Source: Euglena gracilis
Taxonomy: Eukaryota
Assembly (NCBI GenBank): GCA_039621445.1
Contig: CP154954.1
Location: 37,619,703 to 37,683,702 of the forward strand
Length of the DNA: 64,000 nucleotides
Reading direction: 5' to 3'
In this document: piece by piece, positions 38,501 through 52,329 of the stretch
Layout of the letters: every line of letters begins with the position of its first letter
Position numbering within the stretch: the stretch's first letter is position 1
Notes under the pieces: generated by a model
Database searches by the model: none
Told to the model about the DNA's origin: nothing
The model's input: only the letters and a program-made list of their open reading frames with translations
Program-made: the position numbers and the translations under genes

Positions 38501-41500
38501 CGGCCGGATAGCCGCAATTTTGCCCGCGGCGGGCGGGCGTAAAACGCAGCCGCCACCGCCCGGGAGGCGCAAAATAGCACGTAAGTAACGGACGCCCCCA
38601 AAAACGTCATTTTTCGGCCGTTTTCGGCCGAAATCGGCTGCGCCGGCGCCCCAAAAACGAGCGCTCTTACCCGGCTAGAGGTCGGCAATCGTTTACCTAA
38701 CTGTTGCGAAGGGCGGCGGGCGGATAGCCGCAATTTTGCCCGCGGCGGGCGTGCGTAAAACGCAGCCGTTACCGCCCGGGAGGTACAAAATAGCACGTAC
38801 GTAACGGACGCCCCCAGAAACGTCATTTTTCGGCCGTTTTCGGCCGAAATCGGCTGCGCTGGCGCTCCAAAAACGAGCGCTCTGCCCCGGCTAGAGGTCG
38901 GCGATCCTTTACCTAACTGTTGCGAAGGGCGGCGGGCGGATAGCCGCAATTTTGCCCGCGGCGGGCGTGCGTAAAACGCAGCCGTTGCCGCCCGGGAGGC
39001 GCAAAATAGCACGTAAGTAACGGACGCCCCCAGAAACGTCATTTTTCGGCCGTTTTCGGCCGAAATGGGCTGCGCCGGCGCTCCAAAAACGAGCGCTCTG
39101 CCCCGGCTGGAGGTCGGAAATCGTTTACCTAACTGTTGCGAAGGGCGGCGGGCGGATAGCCGCAATTTTGCCCGCGGCGGGCGTGCGTAAAACGCAGCCG
39201 TTACCGCCCGGGAGGCGCAAAATAGCACGTAAGTAACGGACGCCCCCAGAAACGTCATTTTTCGGCCGTTTTCGGCCGAAGTCGGCTGCGCCGGCGCTCC
39301 AAAAACGAGCGCTCTGCCCCGGCTGGAGGTCGGCGCTCCTTTACCTAACTGTTGCGAAGGGCGGCGGGCGGATAGCCGCAATTTTGCCCGCGGCGGGCGT
39401 GCGTAAAACGCAGCCGTTACCGCCCGGGAGGTACAAAATAGCACGTAAGTAACGGACGCCCCCAGAAACGTCATTTTTCGGCTGTTTTCGGCCGTTTTCG
39501 GCCGAAATCGGCTGCGCCGGCGCTTTAAAAACGAGCGCTCTGCCCCGGCTAGAGGTCGGCGCTCCTTTACCTAACTGTTGCGAAGGGCGGCGGGCGGATA
39601 GCCGCAATTTTGCCCGCGGCGGGCGTGCGTAAAACGCAGCCGTTGCCGCCCGGGAGGCGCAAAATAGCACGTAAGTAACGGACGCCCCCAGAAACGTCAT
39701 TTTTCGGCCGTTTTCGGCCGAAATCGGCTGCGCCGGCGCTCCAAAAACGAGCGCTCTGCCCCGGCTAGAGGTCGGCGCTCCTTTACCTAACTGTTGCGAA
39801 GGTCGGCGGGCGGATAGCCGCAATTTTGCCTGCGGCGGGCGTGCGTAAAACGCAGCCGTTGCCGCCCGGGAGGCGCAAAATAGCACGTAAGTAACGGACG
39901 CCCCCAGAAACGTCATTTTTCGGCCGTTTTCGGCCGAAATCGGCTGCGCCGGCGCTCCAAAAAAGAGCGCTCTGCCCCGGCTAGAGGTCGGCGATCCTTT
40001 ACCTAACTGTTGCGAAGGGCGGCGGGCGGATAGCCGCAATTTTGCCCGCGGCGGGCGTGCGTAAAACGCAGCCGTTGCCGCCCGGGAGGCGCAAAATAGC
40101 ACGTAAGTAACGGACGCCCCCAGAAACGTCATTTTTCGGCCGTTTTCGGCCAAAATCGGCTGCGCCGGCGCTCCAAAAACGAGCGCTCTGCCCCGGCTAG
40201 AGGTCGGCGCTCCTTTACCTAACTGTTGCGAAGGACGGCAGTCGGATAGCCGCAATTTTGCCCGCGGCGGGCGTGCGTAAAACGCAGCCGTTACCGCCTG
40301 GGATGTGCAAAATAGCACGTAAGTAACGGACGCACCCAGAAACGTCATTTTTCGGCCGTTTTCGGCCGAAATCGGCTGCGCCGGCGCTCCAAAAACGAGC
40401 GGTCTGCCCTGGCTAGAGGTCGGCGCTCCTTTACCTAACTGTTGCGAAGGTAGGCGGGCGGATAATCGCAATTTTGCCCGCGGCGGGCGTGCGTAAAACG
40501 CAGCCGTTGCCGCCCGGGAGGCGCAAAATAGCACGTAAGTAACGGACGCCCCCAGAAACGTCATTTTTCGGCCGTTTTCGACCGAAATCGGCTGCGCCGG
40601 CGCTCCAAAAACGAGCGCTGTGCCCCGGCTAGAGGTCGGAGATCCTTTACCTAACTGTTGCGAAGGGCGGCGGGCGGATAGCCGCAATTTTGCCCGAGGA
40701 GGGCGTGCGTAAAACGCAGCCGTTACCGCCCGGGAGGCGCAAAATAGCACGTACGTAACGGACGCCCCCAGAAACGTCATTTTTCGGCCGTTTTCGGCCA
40801 AAATCGGCTGCCCCAGCGCCCCAAAATCGAGCGCTCTGCCCCGGCTAGAGGTCGGCGATGCTTTACCTAACTGTTGCGAAGGGCGGCGGGCGGATAGCCG
40901 CAGTTTTGCCCGAGGCGGGCGTGCGTAAAACGCAGCCGTTACCGCCCGGGAGGCGCAAAATAGCACGTAAGTAACGGACGCCCCCAGAAACGATATTTTT
41001 CGGCCGTTTTCTGCCGAAATCGGCTGCGCCGGCGCTCCAAAAACGAGCGCTCTGCACCAACTAGAGGTCGGCGATCCTTTACCTAACTGTTGCGAAGGGT
41101 GGCGGGCGGATAGCCGCAATTTTGCCCGCGGCGGCCGTGCGTAAAACGCAGCCGTTACCGCCTGGGAGCTACAAAATAGCACGTAAGTAACGGACGCCCC
41201 CAGAAACGTCATTTTTCGGCCGTTTTCTGCCAAAATCGGCTGCGCCGGCGCTTCAAAAACGAGCGCTCTGCCCCGGCTAGAGGTCGGCGATCCTTTACCT
41301 AACTGTTGCGAAGGGTGGCGGGCGGATAGCCGCAATTTTGCCCGCGGCGGGCGTGCGTAAAACGCAGCGGTCACCGCCCGGAAGGTACAAAATAGCACGT
41401 ACGTAACGGGCGCCCCCAGAAGCGACATTTTTCGGCCATTTTCGGCCGAAATCGGCTGCGCCGGCGCTTCAAAAACGAGCGCTCTGCCCCGGCTAGAGGT

Positions 41501-44500
41501 CGGCGCTCCTTTACCTAACTGTTGCGAAGGGCGGCGGGCAGATAGCCGCAATTTTGCCCGCGGCGGGCGTGCGTAAAACGCAGCCGTTGCCGCCCGGCGC
41601 AAAATAGCACGTAAGTAACGGACGCCCCCAGAAACGACATTTTTCGGCCGTTTTCGGCCGAAATAGGCTGCGCCGGCGCTCCAAAAAACGAGCCCTCTGC
41701 CCCGGCTAGAGGTCGGCGCTCCTTTACCTAACTGTTGCGAAGGGCGGCGGGCGGATAGCCGCAATTTTGCCCGCGGCGGGCGTGCGTAAAACGCAGCCGT
41801 TACCGCCCGGGAGGCGCAAAATAGCACGTAAGTAACGGACGCCCCCCAGAAACGTCATCTTCGGCCGTTTTCGGCCGAAATCGGCTGCGCCGGCGCTCCA
41901 AAAACGAGCGCTCTGCATCGGCTAGAGGTTGGCGATCCTTTACCTAACTGTTGCGAAGGGCGGCGGGCGGATAGCCGCAATTTTGCCCGCGGCGGGCGTG
42001 CGTAAAACGCAGCCGTTACCGCCCGGGAGGCGCAAAATAGCACGTAAGTAACGGACGCCCCCCAGAAACGTCATCTTCGGCCGTTTTCGGCCGAAATCGG
42101 CTGCGCCGGCGCTCCAAAAACGAGCGCTCTGCCCCGGCTAGAGGTCGGCGATCCTTTACCTAACTGTTGCGAAGGGCGGCGGGTGGATAGCCGCAATTTT
42201 GCCCGCGGCGGGCGTGCGTAAAACGCAGCCGTTACCGCCCGGGAGGCGCAAAATAGCACGTAAGTAACGGACGCCCCCAGAAACGTCATCTTTCGGCCGT
42301 TTTCGGCCGAAATCGGCTGCGCCGGCGCTCCAAAAACGAGCGCTCTGCATCGGCTAGAGGTCGGCGATCCTTTACCTAACTGTTGCGAAGGGCGGCGGGC
42401 GGATAGCCGCAATTTTTCCTGCGGTGGGCGTGCGTAAAACGCAGCCGTTACCGCCCGGGAGGCGCAAAATAGCACGTAAGTAACGGACGCCCCCCAGAAA
42501 CGTCATCTTCGGCCGTTTTCGGCCGAAATCGGCTGCGCCGGCGCTCCAAAAACGAGCGCTCTGCCCCGGCTAGAGGTCGGCGATCCTTTACCTAACTGTT
42601 GCGAAGGGCGGCGGGCGGATAGCCGCTATTTTGCTCGCGGCGGGCGTGCGTAAAACGCAGCCCCTTACCGCCCGGGAGGCGCAAAATAGCACGTAAGTAA
42701 CGTACACCCCAGAAACGTCATTTTTCGGCCGTTTTCGGCCGAAATCGGCTGCGCCGGCGCTCCAAAAACGAGCGCTCTGCCCCGGCTAGAGGTCGGCGAT
42801 CTTTACCTAACTGTTGCGAAGGGCGGCGGGCGGATAGCCACATTTTTGCCCGCGACGGGCGTGCGTAAAACGCAGCCGTTACCGCCCGGGAGGCGCAAAA
42901 TAGCACGTAAGTAACGGGCGCCCCCAGAAACGTCATTTTTCGGCCGTTTTCGGCCGAAATCGGCTGCGCCGGCGCTGCAAAAACGAGCGCTCTGCCCCGG
43001 CTAGAGGTCGGCGCTCCTTTACCTAACTGTTGCGAAGGGCGGCGGGCGGATAGCCGCAAATTTGCCCGCGGCGGGCGTGCGTAAAACGCAGCCGTTGCCG
43101 CCCGGGAGGCGCAAAATAGCACGTAAGTAACGGACGCCCCCAATAACGTCATTTCTCGGCCGTTTTCGTCCGAAATCGACTGCGCCGGCGCTTCAAAAAC
43201 GAGCGCTCTGCCCCGGCTAGAGGTCGGCAATCCTTTACCTAACTGTTGCGAAGGGCGGCGGGCGGATAGCCGCAATTTTTCCCGCGGCGGGCGTGCGTAA
43301 AACGCAGCCGTTACCGCCCGGGAGGCGCAAAATAGCACGTAAGTAACGGACGCCCGCAGAAACGTCATTTTTCGGCCGTTTTCGGCCAAAATCGGCTGCG
43401 CCGGCGCTCCAAAAACGAGCGCTCTGCCCCGGCTAGAGGTCGGCGATCCTTTACCTAACTGTTGCGAAGGGCGGCGGGCGGATAGCCGCAATTTTGCCAG
43501 CGGCGGGCGTGCGTAAAACGCAGCCGTTGCCGCCCGGGAGGTACAAAATAGCACGTAAGTAACGGACGCCCCCAGAAACATCATTTTTCGGCCGTTTTCG
43601 GCCGAAATCGGCTGCGCCGGCGCTCCAAAAACGAGCGCTCTGCCCCGGCCAGAGGTCGGCGATCCTTTACCAAAATGTCGCGAAGGGCGGCGGGCGGATA
43701 GCCGCAATTTTGCCCGCGGCGGGCGTGCGTAAAACGCAGCCGTTACCGCCCGGGAGGCGCAAAATAGCACGTAAGTAACGGACGCCCCAGAAACGTCATT
43801 TTTCGGACGTTTTCGGCCGAAATCGGGTGCGCCGGCGCTCCAAAAAACGAGCGCTCTGCCCCGGCTAGAGGTCGGCGATCCTTTACCTAACTGTTGCGAA
43901 GGGCGGCGGGCGGATAGCCGCAATTTTGCCCGCGGCGGGCGTGCGTAAAACGCAGCCGTTACCGCCCGGGAGGCGCAAAATAGCACGTAAGTAACGGACG
44001 CCCCCAGACCCGACATTTTTCGGACGTTTTCGGCCGAAATCGGCTGCGCCGGCGCTCCAAAAAACGAGCGCTCTGCCCCGGCTAGAGGTCGGCGATCCTT
44101 TACCTAACTGTTGCGAAGGGCGGCGGGCGGATAGCCGCAATTTTGCCCGCGGCGGGCGTGCGTAAAACGCTGCCCGGGAGGCGCATAATAGGACGTAAGT
44201 GACGGACGCCCCCAAAAATGTCATTTTTCGGCCGTTTTCGGCCGAAATCGGCTGCGCCGGCGCTCCAAAAACGAGCGCTCTGCCCCGGCTAGAGGTCGGC
44301 GCTCCTTTTTATTGCGATGGGCGGCGGGCAGATAGCCGCAATTTTGCCTGCGGCGGGCGTGCGTAAAACGCAGCCGTTACCGCCCGGGAGGCGCAAAATA
44401 GCACGTAAGCAACGGACGCCCCCAAAAATGTCATTTTTTCGGACGTTTTCGGCCGAAATCGGCTGCGCCGGCGCTCCAAAAACGAGCGCTCTGCCCCGGC

Positions 44501-46998
44501 TAGAGGTCGGCGATCCTTTACCTAACTGTTGCGAAGGTCGGCGGGCGGATAGCCGCAATTTCGCCTGCGGCGGGCGTGCGTACAACGCTGCCCGGGAGGC
44601 AGATAATAGCACGTAAGTGACGGACGCCACCAAAAATGTCATTTTTCGGCCGTTTTCGGCCGAAATCGGCTGCGCCGGCGCTCCAAAAACGAGCGCTCTG
44701 CCCCGGCTAGAGGTCGGCGCTCCTTTACCTAACTGTTGCGAAGGGCGGCGGGCGGATAGCCGCAATTTTGCCCGCGGCGGACGTGCGTAAAACGCAGCCG
44801 TTACCGCCCGGGAGGCGCAAAATATCACGTAAGTAACGGACGCCCCCAGAAACGTCATTCTTCGGCCGTTTTCGGCCGAAATCGGCTGCGCTGGCGCTCC
44901 AAAAACGAGCGCTCTGCCCCGGCTAAGAGGACGGCGCTCCTTTTTCCTAACTGTTGCGAAGGGCGGCGGGCGGATAGCCGCAATTTTGCCCGCGGCGGGC
45001 GTGCGTAAAACGCAGCCGTTACCGCCCGGGAGGCGCAAAATAGCACGTAAGTAACGGACGCCCCCAGAAACGTCATTTTTCGGCCGTTTTCGGCCGAAAT
45101 CGGCTGCGCCGGCGCTCCAAAAAACGAGCGCTCTGCCCCGGCTAGAGGTCGGCGATCCTTTACCTAACTGTTGCGAAGGGCGGCGGGCGGATAGCCGCAA
45201 TTTTGCCCGCGGCGGGCGTGCGTAAAACGCAGCCGTTACCGCCCGGGAGGCGCAAAATAGCACGTAAGTAACGGACGCCCCCAGACCCGACATTTTTCGG
45301 ACGTTTTCGGCCGAAATCGGCTGCGCCGGCGCTCCAAAAAACGAGCGCTCTGCCCCGGCTAGAGGTCGGCGATCCTTTACCTAACTGTTGCGAAGGGCGG
45401 CGGGCGGATAGCCGCAATTTTGCCCGCGGCGGGCGTGCGTAAAACGCTGCCCGGGAGGCGCATAATAGGACGTAAGTGACGGACGCCCCCAAAAATGTCA
45501 TTTTTCGGCCGTTTTCTGCCGAAATCGGCTGCGCCGGCGCTCCAAAAACGAGCGCTCTGCCCCGGCTAGAGGTCGGCGCTCCTTTCTATTGCGATGGGCG
45601 GCGGGCAGATAGCCGCAATTTTGCCTGCGGCGGGCGTGCGTAAAACGCAGCCGTTACCGCCCGGGAGGCGCAAAATAGCACGTAAGCAACGGACGCCCCC
45701 AAAAATGTCATTTTTTCGGACGTTTTCGGCCGAAATCGGCTGCGCCGGCGCTCCAAAAACGAGCGCTCTGCCCCGGCTAGAGGTCGGCGATCCTTTACCT
45801 AACTGTTGCGAAGGTCGGCGGGCGGATAGCCGCAATTTCGCCTGCGGCGGGCGTGCGTACAACGCTGCCCGGGAGGCAGATAATAGCACGTAAGTGACGG
45901 ACGCCACCAAAAATGTCATTTTTCGGCCGTTTTCGGCCGAAATCGGCTGCGCCGGCGCTCCAAAAACGAGCGCTCTGCCCCGGCTAGAGGTCGGCGCTCC
46001 TTTACCTAACTGTTGCGAAGGGCGGCGGGCGGATAGCCGCAATTTTGCCCGCGGCGGACGTGCGTAAAACGCAGCCGTTACCGCCCGGGAGGCGCAAAAT
46101 ATCACGTAAGTAACGGACGCCCCCAGAAACGTCATTCTTCGGCCGTTTTCGGCCGAAATCGGCTGCGCTGGCGCTCCAAAAACGAGCGCTCTGCCCCGGC
46201 TAAGAGGACGGCGCTCCTTTTTCCTAACTGTTGCGAAGGGCGGCGGGCGGATAGCCGCAATTTTGCCCGCGGCGGGCGTGCGTAAAACGCAGCCGTTACC
46301 GCCCGGGAGGCGCAAAATAGCACGTAAGTAACGGACGCCCCCAGAAACGTCATTTTTCGGCCGTTTTCGGCCGAAATCGGCTGCGCCGGCGCTCCAAAAA
46401 ACGAGCGCTCTGCCCCGGCTAGAGGTCGGCGCTAGTTTACCTAACTGTTGCAAAGGGCGGCGGGCGGATAGCCGCTATTTTGCCCGCGGCGGGCGTGCGT
46501 AAAACGCAGCCGTTACCGCCCGGGAGGCGCAAAATAGCACGTAAGTAACGGACGCCCCCAGAAACGTCATTTTTCGGCCATTTTTGGCCGAAATCGGCTG
46601 CGCCGGCGCTCCAAAAACGAGCGCACTGCCCCGGCTAGAGGTTGGCGATCTTTACCTAACTGTTGCGAAGGGCGGCGGGCGGATAGCCGCAATTTTGCCC
46701 GCGGCGGGCGTGCGTAAAACGCAGCCGTTACCGCCCGGCAGGCGCAAAATAGCACGTAAGTAACGGACGCCCCCAAAAACGTCATTTTTCGACCGTTTTC
46801 GGCCGAAAGCAGCTGCGCCGGCGCTCCAAAAACGAGCGCTCTGCCCCGGCTAGAGGTCGGCGCTCCTTTACCTAACTGTTGCGAAGGACGGGGGGCGGCG
46901 GATAACCGCAATTTTGCTCGCGGAGGGCGTGCGTAAAACGCAGCCGTTACCGCCCGGGAGGCGCAAAATAGCACGTAAGTAACCGCCGACCCCAGAAA
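29563..46998. repeat. 216-bp satellite, right array (~80 monomers), divergence increasing rightwards
   Basis: Same monomer and orientation as the left array; many more substitutions after ~35000. Confidence 0.99.
43830..46430. repeat. 1277-bp (six-monomer) higher-order duplication in the satellite
   Basis: Diagnostic variants recur at +1277: CAGACCCGACAT, GCATAATAGGACG, ATTGCGATGGG, CTAAGAGGACGG. ORF-track coordinates are offset by 1277. Confidence 0.92.
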
Positions 46999-49900
46999 TG
47001 GGCACTGGGCAGTTTCTGCCACAGTGTCCAGCATCACGACGGATGGGTTACGGGTTTCCTGTGCCGGAGGTTGCGCTGGCTGAGGTAAGTCCTCCGCCAT
47101 TGGGACCTCTTCTTCCTCCTCCCCCGCTTCTGGAGGGGAGTCCTCTGTGTGGGGTTGTGCTGCAGTACGCGGGCCTTTTCCGCTCTGTAGCACCCTTGTG
47201 CGTCTGACGGGCGGTAAAAGCTTATACTTTCACTCCTGCCAGAGTTGGGGTATGGGGGCGGCCACGACGCTCTCACTCAGCTTCCGGGCTGAGGTTGCGG
47301 CGCGTCGTCGTCGATCAGGCAGAGGTCTTCCCACTGCTGTCGACAATTCTCGTGCATGCCGTATTCTCCTGTGTCTTCCAGTAAAGCGGGTAGCGGCAAC
47401 GCATAACGAGGTTGTTTCCGCTCGTGTGCCGCGAAAAACATCTGGAAATCTTCCCACATCAGGATGTTCCCGAATTGGGTATCCAGGTGCTCCTGGAGGC
47501 CGATTCCAGCCTCATGCCAATACGGCCGCAGGTTCATCCTGCGCTGGTCAGAGTCATTGGGTCTGGCGTCCACCTCGGTGTATCCCCGAGGTAACCACCT
47601 TCTGTGGATGTCCACATCAGCGGTCATGTATTCCAGGTAATAATTAGACACCTCCAGGACGTAGGTAATCCACGCCCTGTGCCAGTATTGTTGCATCAGA
47701 AATATTTTCTGCCGGTGCTGTTTCTGCACCTTTCGGTCTTGTGTTCCGATGTTGGGATTCCGGCATAGATGCAGGAGGAATCTCCTGGTCGGCTGGATGC
47801 CGGCATTCTCAGCAATCGGAGGCGGTTTTCCGCGTTCTCCGAAACCCCAGAAGTCAACAATGTGAACTTCCCTGCAAAACTGGCATTCCAGTTTGTACCG
47901 CTGGGGGTACGCGAGGTCCACGTCCAGCACCTTGAACAGCGTGCCATACATGCTGTCCAAGTATACTTGGAGATTGCACGTGAACATTACCGCGGCCTGC
48001 GCCTGGAGTTTCTCCGGCAGGGGGTAATACTTCCACTGGATTCCCAGTACTCCAACGGTATACATGTGCGTGAAGATTTCCTTCAGCTGTGCGACGAATG
48101 TTTCGTCGTCTTCACAAGTATTCATACAATCGATATAGGTCAGACCGTTTCGGTCGGTAAAAAAGCTGAAATTCTCGCAGGGGTATCCCAACCAGAACCA
48201 CAGCTCCCAGAAACCGGGCATCCGGTCCAGGACAACTTCATTCGAGTGAGGGTATCCCTCAAACGCATGAAGTTAAGCACTGTAGAAAAAACGTTTGCAG
48301 TGATCGTTAATACGATTCTGCACCACTTCGAGCACCGCATCCGGTGGTCGGTGGATCACGTTTCCTGCTTTTGTGAACTTTTGGAGATCTTCGTCGATTT
48401 TCGGCCAGATCTCCTCAAAGTACGTGAACACTGAAGCAACGTCATATTCCTTCGGTTTTGAAGGTTCGGCGGCTTTTCCGCCCTTGCCTGTTGGGGGTCC
48501 GGCAGATTTTCCGCCTTTGCCGGGAGCTGACCAGGCGGCTTTTCCGCCTTTGCCAGGTGGGGCTTTCCCACCTTTCTCCTGGCCTTTTCCTTTCCCCTTA
48601 CCCTTGCCATTGCATTTCCCCTTACCCTTTGTGTTAGACAGCTAGTCGAATGTCGCCCAGTAATCCCAGTATTCTCGGTCTTCTGGCGTAAACACAGGGT
48701 AAGTCACGGATTCCGTGCTTGGCGTTCGAGCAAATTCCTGCTCAGCGTCACCACGATTCGAGTAAACCGGAGCGATCGGGGATGTTCGGGTTTCCCGACG
48801 TGCCCGTTCTGCCGTCACGTCTGGCGCTGGCAGAGCTTCCTCCTCAGCGTCGACGTGCATCGCCGCGGGCGTATTTTCCGACCTCGGCGAGCGGCGCTGT
48901 GGCTGCGGCGTGAGATTTTCCGGGCCGCGGACACGCTTGCCGGCGGCAGAGCTTGTGGGTCGTGCCGAGGACGCTTCCGCCACATCAACATCCTGCTGTC
49001 GCACTGGTTGACTTGATCGTGATGTAGCTGGGAGTCCTGTGAGAGCCGACACAGCAGCATCATACTGCTGGCGCTCTTCTCGTGTCATTTCCGCCCGGGC
49101 AGGGTATCCCTGGCCAGCGGAAACAGGGGGGCGACGTGTGATTTGTCGTTGGATCGTCACAGGATATTCATACTGTTGACGCTCCTCCTCAGTCTCGAAC
49201 GGCCGTCCAGTCCACGGTTTAACGGGTTCATCCCGCTCCAGGGGAACTGGTGCCGCACGAGGCGCTGCCGCGGCTTCCCGCGGACGAGCGCTTCGGGCAG
49301 TGTCAGACGTCGGAGGAGGGTTTCCCTCCGCAGCACTTCGTGGCATAGGGTCAGGTATGGTTGGGTGGGGTTGAGGTGGATACACGTACTGATCCCGTGG
49401 CATTGGCGCCTCCTGAGGGAAATCCCCAGAGGCGGTGTACTGAGACACATGCTCGTGCGCAGGATAATCCCGCCGGGGCATACGCTCAGGGGATCGAAAA
49501 ATACTTTCTTTCACACGTGGGTGTTCACTCCGGACAGGTGCTTCCACTGTCTCTTCCTCGGGGAATCCGGGGGAGTGAGCACGAAAATGTGCAGTGTCAG
49601 TGCCAACTGGTGGTACTTGCCGTGCTACCTGTGGCGGGATTTCCACGCCCAGGTCACGCATGGTAATGTCTGCCGCGAATCCCGACGTGTCCGGGTCGGT
49701 GTAATACACCAGACCGGTCATCGTCGCCTGGGCACACATACACCACAGGGCTGGAGGGGTATTCGCGATGGTCAAAATTTTACGGCAGTGGTCATCCCAC
49801 AACGCCTGGGTGAGGTGGTCTGGTGCCGGGTTTGCGCTCATATGCATAACCCGGCTCATCGTCTCCGCCGTGCGGTGGATCATCACACCCGCGTATGGTG

Positions 49901-51119
49901 GGAGGCGACGAGAGCCTGATGGCTGAGATGGCCGCGCTTCCGCGGGCATCTGGGTCATCCTGCTACTGCTGCTGGCTTCAGGGTGTCCCTCAGCCGCAGT
50001 CCGTGCAGGTGGCTGCGTACCATATCGGTACGCATACTGGTCAGGTCGAGGGTGAGTGGTGGGGTGGTAAGGCGGTCCTCCGCCTGGCTCACTTCCACCG
50101 GGCAGCATGATACCGCCCGGGGTTGGTACGGTGGGATGGTTGGGTTTTTGGTTGTAAGTTGGTAAGGGTAACCGCTTGAGTATGATTTGATAAAAAGTCT
50201 GCGGAAAGAAAGAATGATCAGAATTCATGATAAAAAGAAGAGAAATCAACATGGGTTTCCCATGCGTTCTGAAAAACTTGTCATGGAAACATTAATGTTA
50301 TGATTCTTGTTCCACAGCTTCCAATCTTGCTGGACGGACGCAACAAAACTGGTTGCTGGCTCCCAAGTGCCCTCCTCGGGCCCATACCCTTTCCAGAGGA
50401 CCTTCCAAAGGTGCATACCTTTGTCGATTTTGTGATCGACAATTTTAACAACTACAAAGTCGTCCGTCTCAAGTATTCTGGAATGGGGTTTGAAGTGCAG
50501 ACACGGGATGGGTTTCCCATCCGGTGGCGACAGGTATGGTTTGAAGTCGTCCATATGAACGTCCTCAACTCCATTCGGTAATGCAACCTTGTAACGCCCG
50601 CTTGTACCTAGTCATTCTAGGATTTCACAGGGGCCGAGCCAGAGGGGGTCCAGCTTGGAAGACTGCATGCGAGTGCGGCTATTCCGCACCAACACGCGGT
50701 CACCGGGACTGTACGCAGATGACTTGAAATTCTGCAAAAACGATTCCCGTTTAGTTGCATGAGTATCAGTCACGCGCTCCTGGACTGCAGAACGTGGATT
50801 TTCTACCTCCGCAAACCAGGTCACGCAACTGACACTCGTTCGGGCGGGTCTCTCCGAAGGGACATCCCCTATGGCCGGAGGGTCCCGTCCGAAAACTAAC
50901 TTATAGGGGGAGTGAGGTAAAAGCAACCCTGGTAGGGTATTGATATAAAACAAGGACCATGGTAGCACTGATATCCAGTTGCTGCACGAGTCAGCCAGTG
51001 AAAGGCGAAGCATATTCACGACGGATTTCACGGCTGCCTCGGCTCTACCATGGAAAAATGTTGCTCAATTACGAGTAAACCGCACAAAGTGGTGAAAAGA
51101 CCTTGAAGAAATCAAATGG
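46999..51119 (-). mobile_element. Truncated copy 3 of the retrotransposon: integrase C-half, chromodomain and 5' ~60% of ORF3 (equivalent to ~22002-26154)
   Basis: ORFs 50612-51031, 50246-50554, 48642-50252 and 47277-48221 are homologous to copy 1; in-frame stops present. Confidence 0.95.
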
Positions 51120-51127
51120 ACTGGAAG

Positions 51128-51545
51128 TGTACGTCCCCTGACTCTATTCCCACTGCCTGTCGGCCTACTTACACCCTCCCGTGGGAACAGAACCAGGAGA
51201 GTAACAAAAAATAAAGTCTTTCACTTAACTATTAGTTTTTATTGCCTTTGGGCTTATGCAGAGCACAAGGCAAACCAGGTGTGATTTTGGAACCTCAGTT
51301 CCAGTAGTGTTCTCCTATCGGAGTTCAAACCCTAAAATCTTTGATTTGCCCTTTTGGGCTGATGAAACACAAAGCAAAACAATAATACCACCTGTGAAAA
51401 GAGAAGGCAGATCCGAGATAGGATAGGCCGTTCCTAATTCTGCAATTTGTATTGCAGAACCTGGAAAAGTACTATCTGGCATGACATTGTACATTCTGCA
51501 GTCTGCTGCTATGCACAGTGCCATGTTCATGCTGCGTGGTACACA
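51128..51545 (-). repeat. 3' LTR (418 bp) of a diverged sister family
   Basis: Minus strand starts TGTGTACC right after GGGAGGGGGT and ends GGACGTACA. The interior is mostly unalignable to the copy-1 LTR apart from short motifs. Confidence 0.85.
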
Positions 51546-52150
51546 ACCCCCTCCCAGGGCTTTGCCCGATTTCCTTACTGGACCAGGCCAGCAAGGATTC
51601 AAGCAGAGCTCTGAGACTGAGGAATGTACACCAGGACCGCATGTCTTGGGTCTGCTTCTCCATCACAAGGTCAAAAACCAGAAACGGAAGGAAGGAAGAG
51701 AGGGGAACCCAAAAAACCCAAAACGCGCAAAGAGGTTACCCGCTTATGCGGCTACCTACTTATTGCAGTAAAGGGGTGGAAGTGGAAGAGCCCGCTTAGA
51801 AAGTGGGGCTGGAAGGTTTTCATTCCAGAAAGTCCCGTCCACCCCGTTTGGGGTGTGCCTATGGCACTTTGGGTGGTCTCATTCTATAATCGGAAAAGAT
51901 TGCAAGGGTAGGGTGTGGAAGGAGGGGCACCTGGCCAGTCATACCTGACCAGGGAGGTAAACCTATTTACAAAACCAACTGCCGGCGACAGCGATTTTAC
52001 CCGGGGAGGAAAGGGGAGAGGAGTGGGGGGCTGGTCAAAAGACCTTAGGCAGAATTTTTGCTGTCTGGCAGTCTTATGGGGGCCTTAAGGCCGAAAAGTA
52101 ACAAGTTGAGTCTATTATTGCGGTGTGCGCGCTGTACGCTGTGCGTCTTC
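51546..52150 (-). mobile_element. 3' non-coding region and PPT of the sister family
   Basis: Collinear blocks match 28770-29363, e.g. CTGCCAGACAGCAAAAATTCTG, GCTGTCGCC.GCAGT.GGTTTTGTAA and GCCCTGGGAGGGGG. Confidence 0.85.
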
Positions 52151-52329
52151 TTACTGGCGGCATATACCGCTGGTGAGGGCTGCACAGTATTGCGCGGACA
52201 CGGCGTTGGCGATGGGGTATCCCCAGGGGCTTATACCTCAGAACAGCGGGCAGTAGCCCTAAAAACTGTAGATTTGGCATTTGTGCCTTGGGTGTGCAGC
52301 CTGTAGGCTGAAGGGTTGGCATTAGCCAA

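Noticed and set aside
1373-46560. Long minus-strand ORFs made of 72-aa repeats in the satellite
   Set aside because: 216 is divisible by 3 and the GC-rich monomer lacks a stop in one frame. Frame-breaking indels are frequent, so there is no sign of coding constraint.
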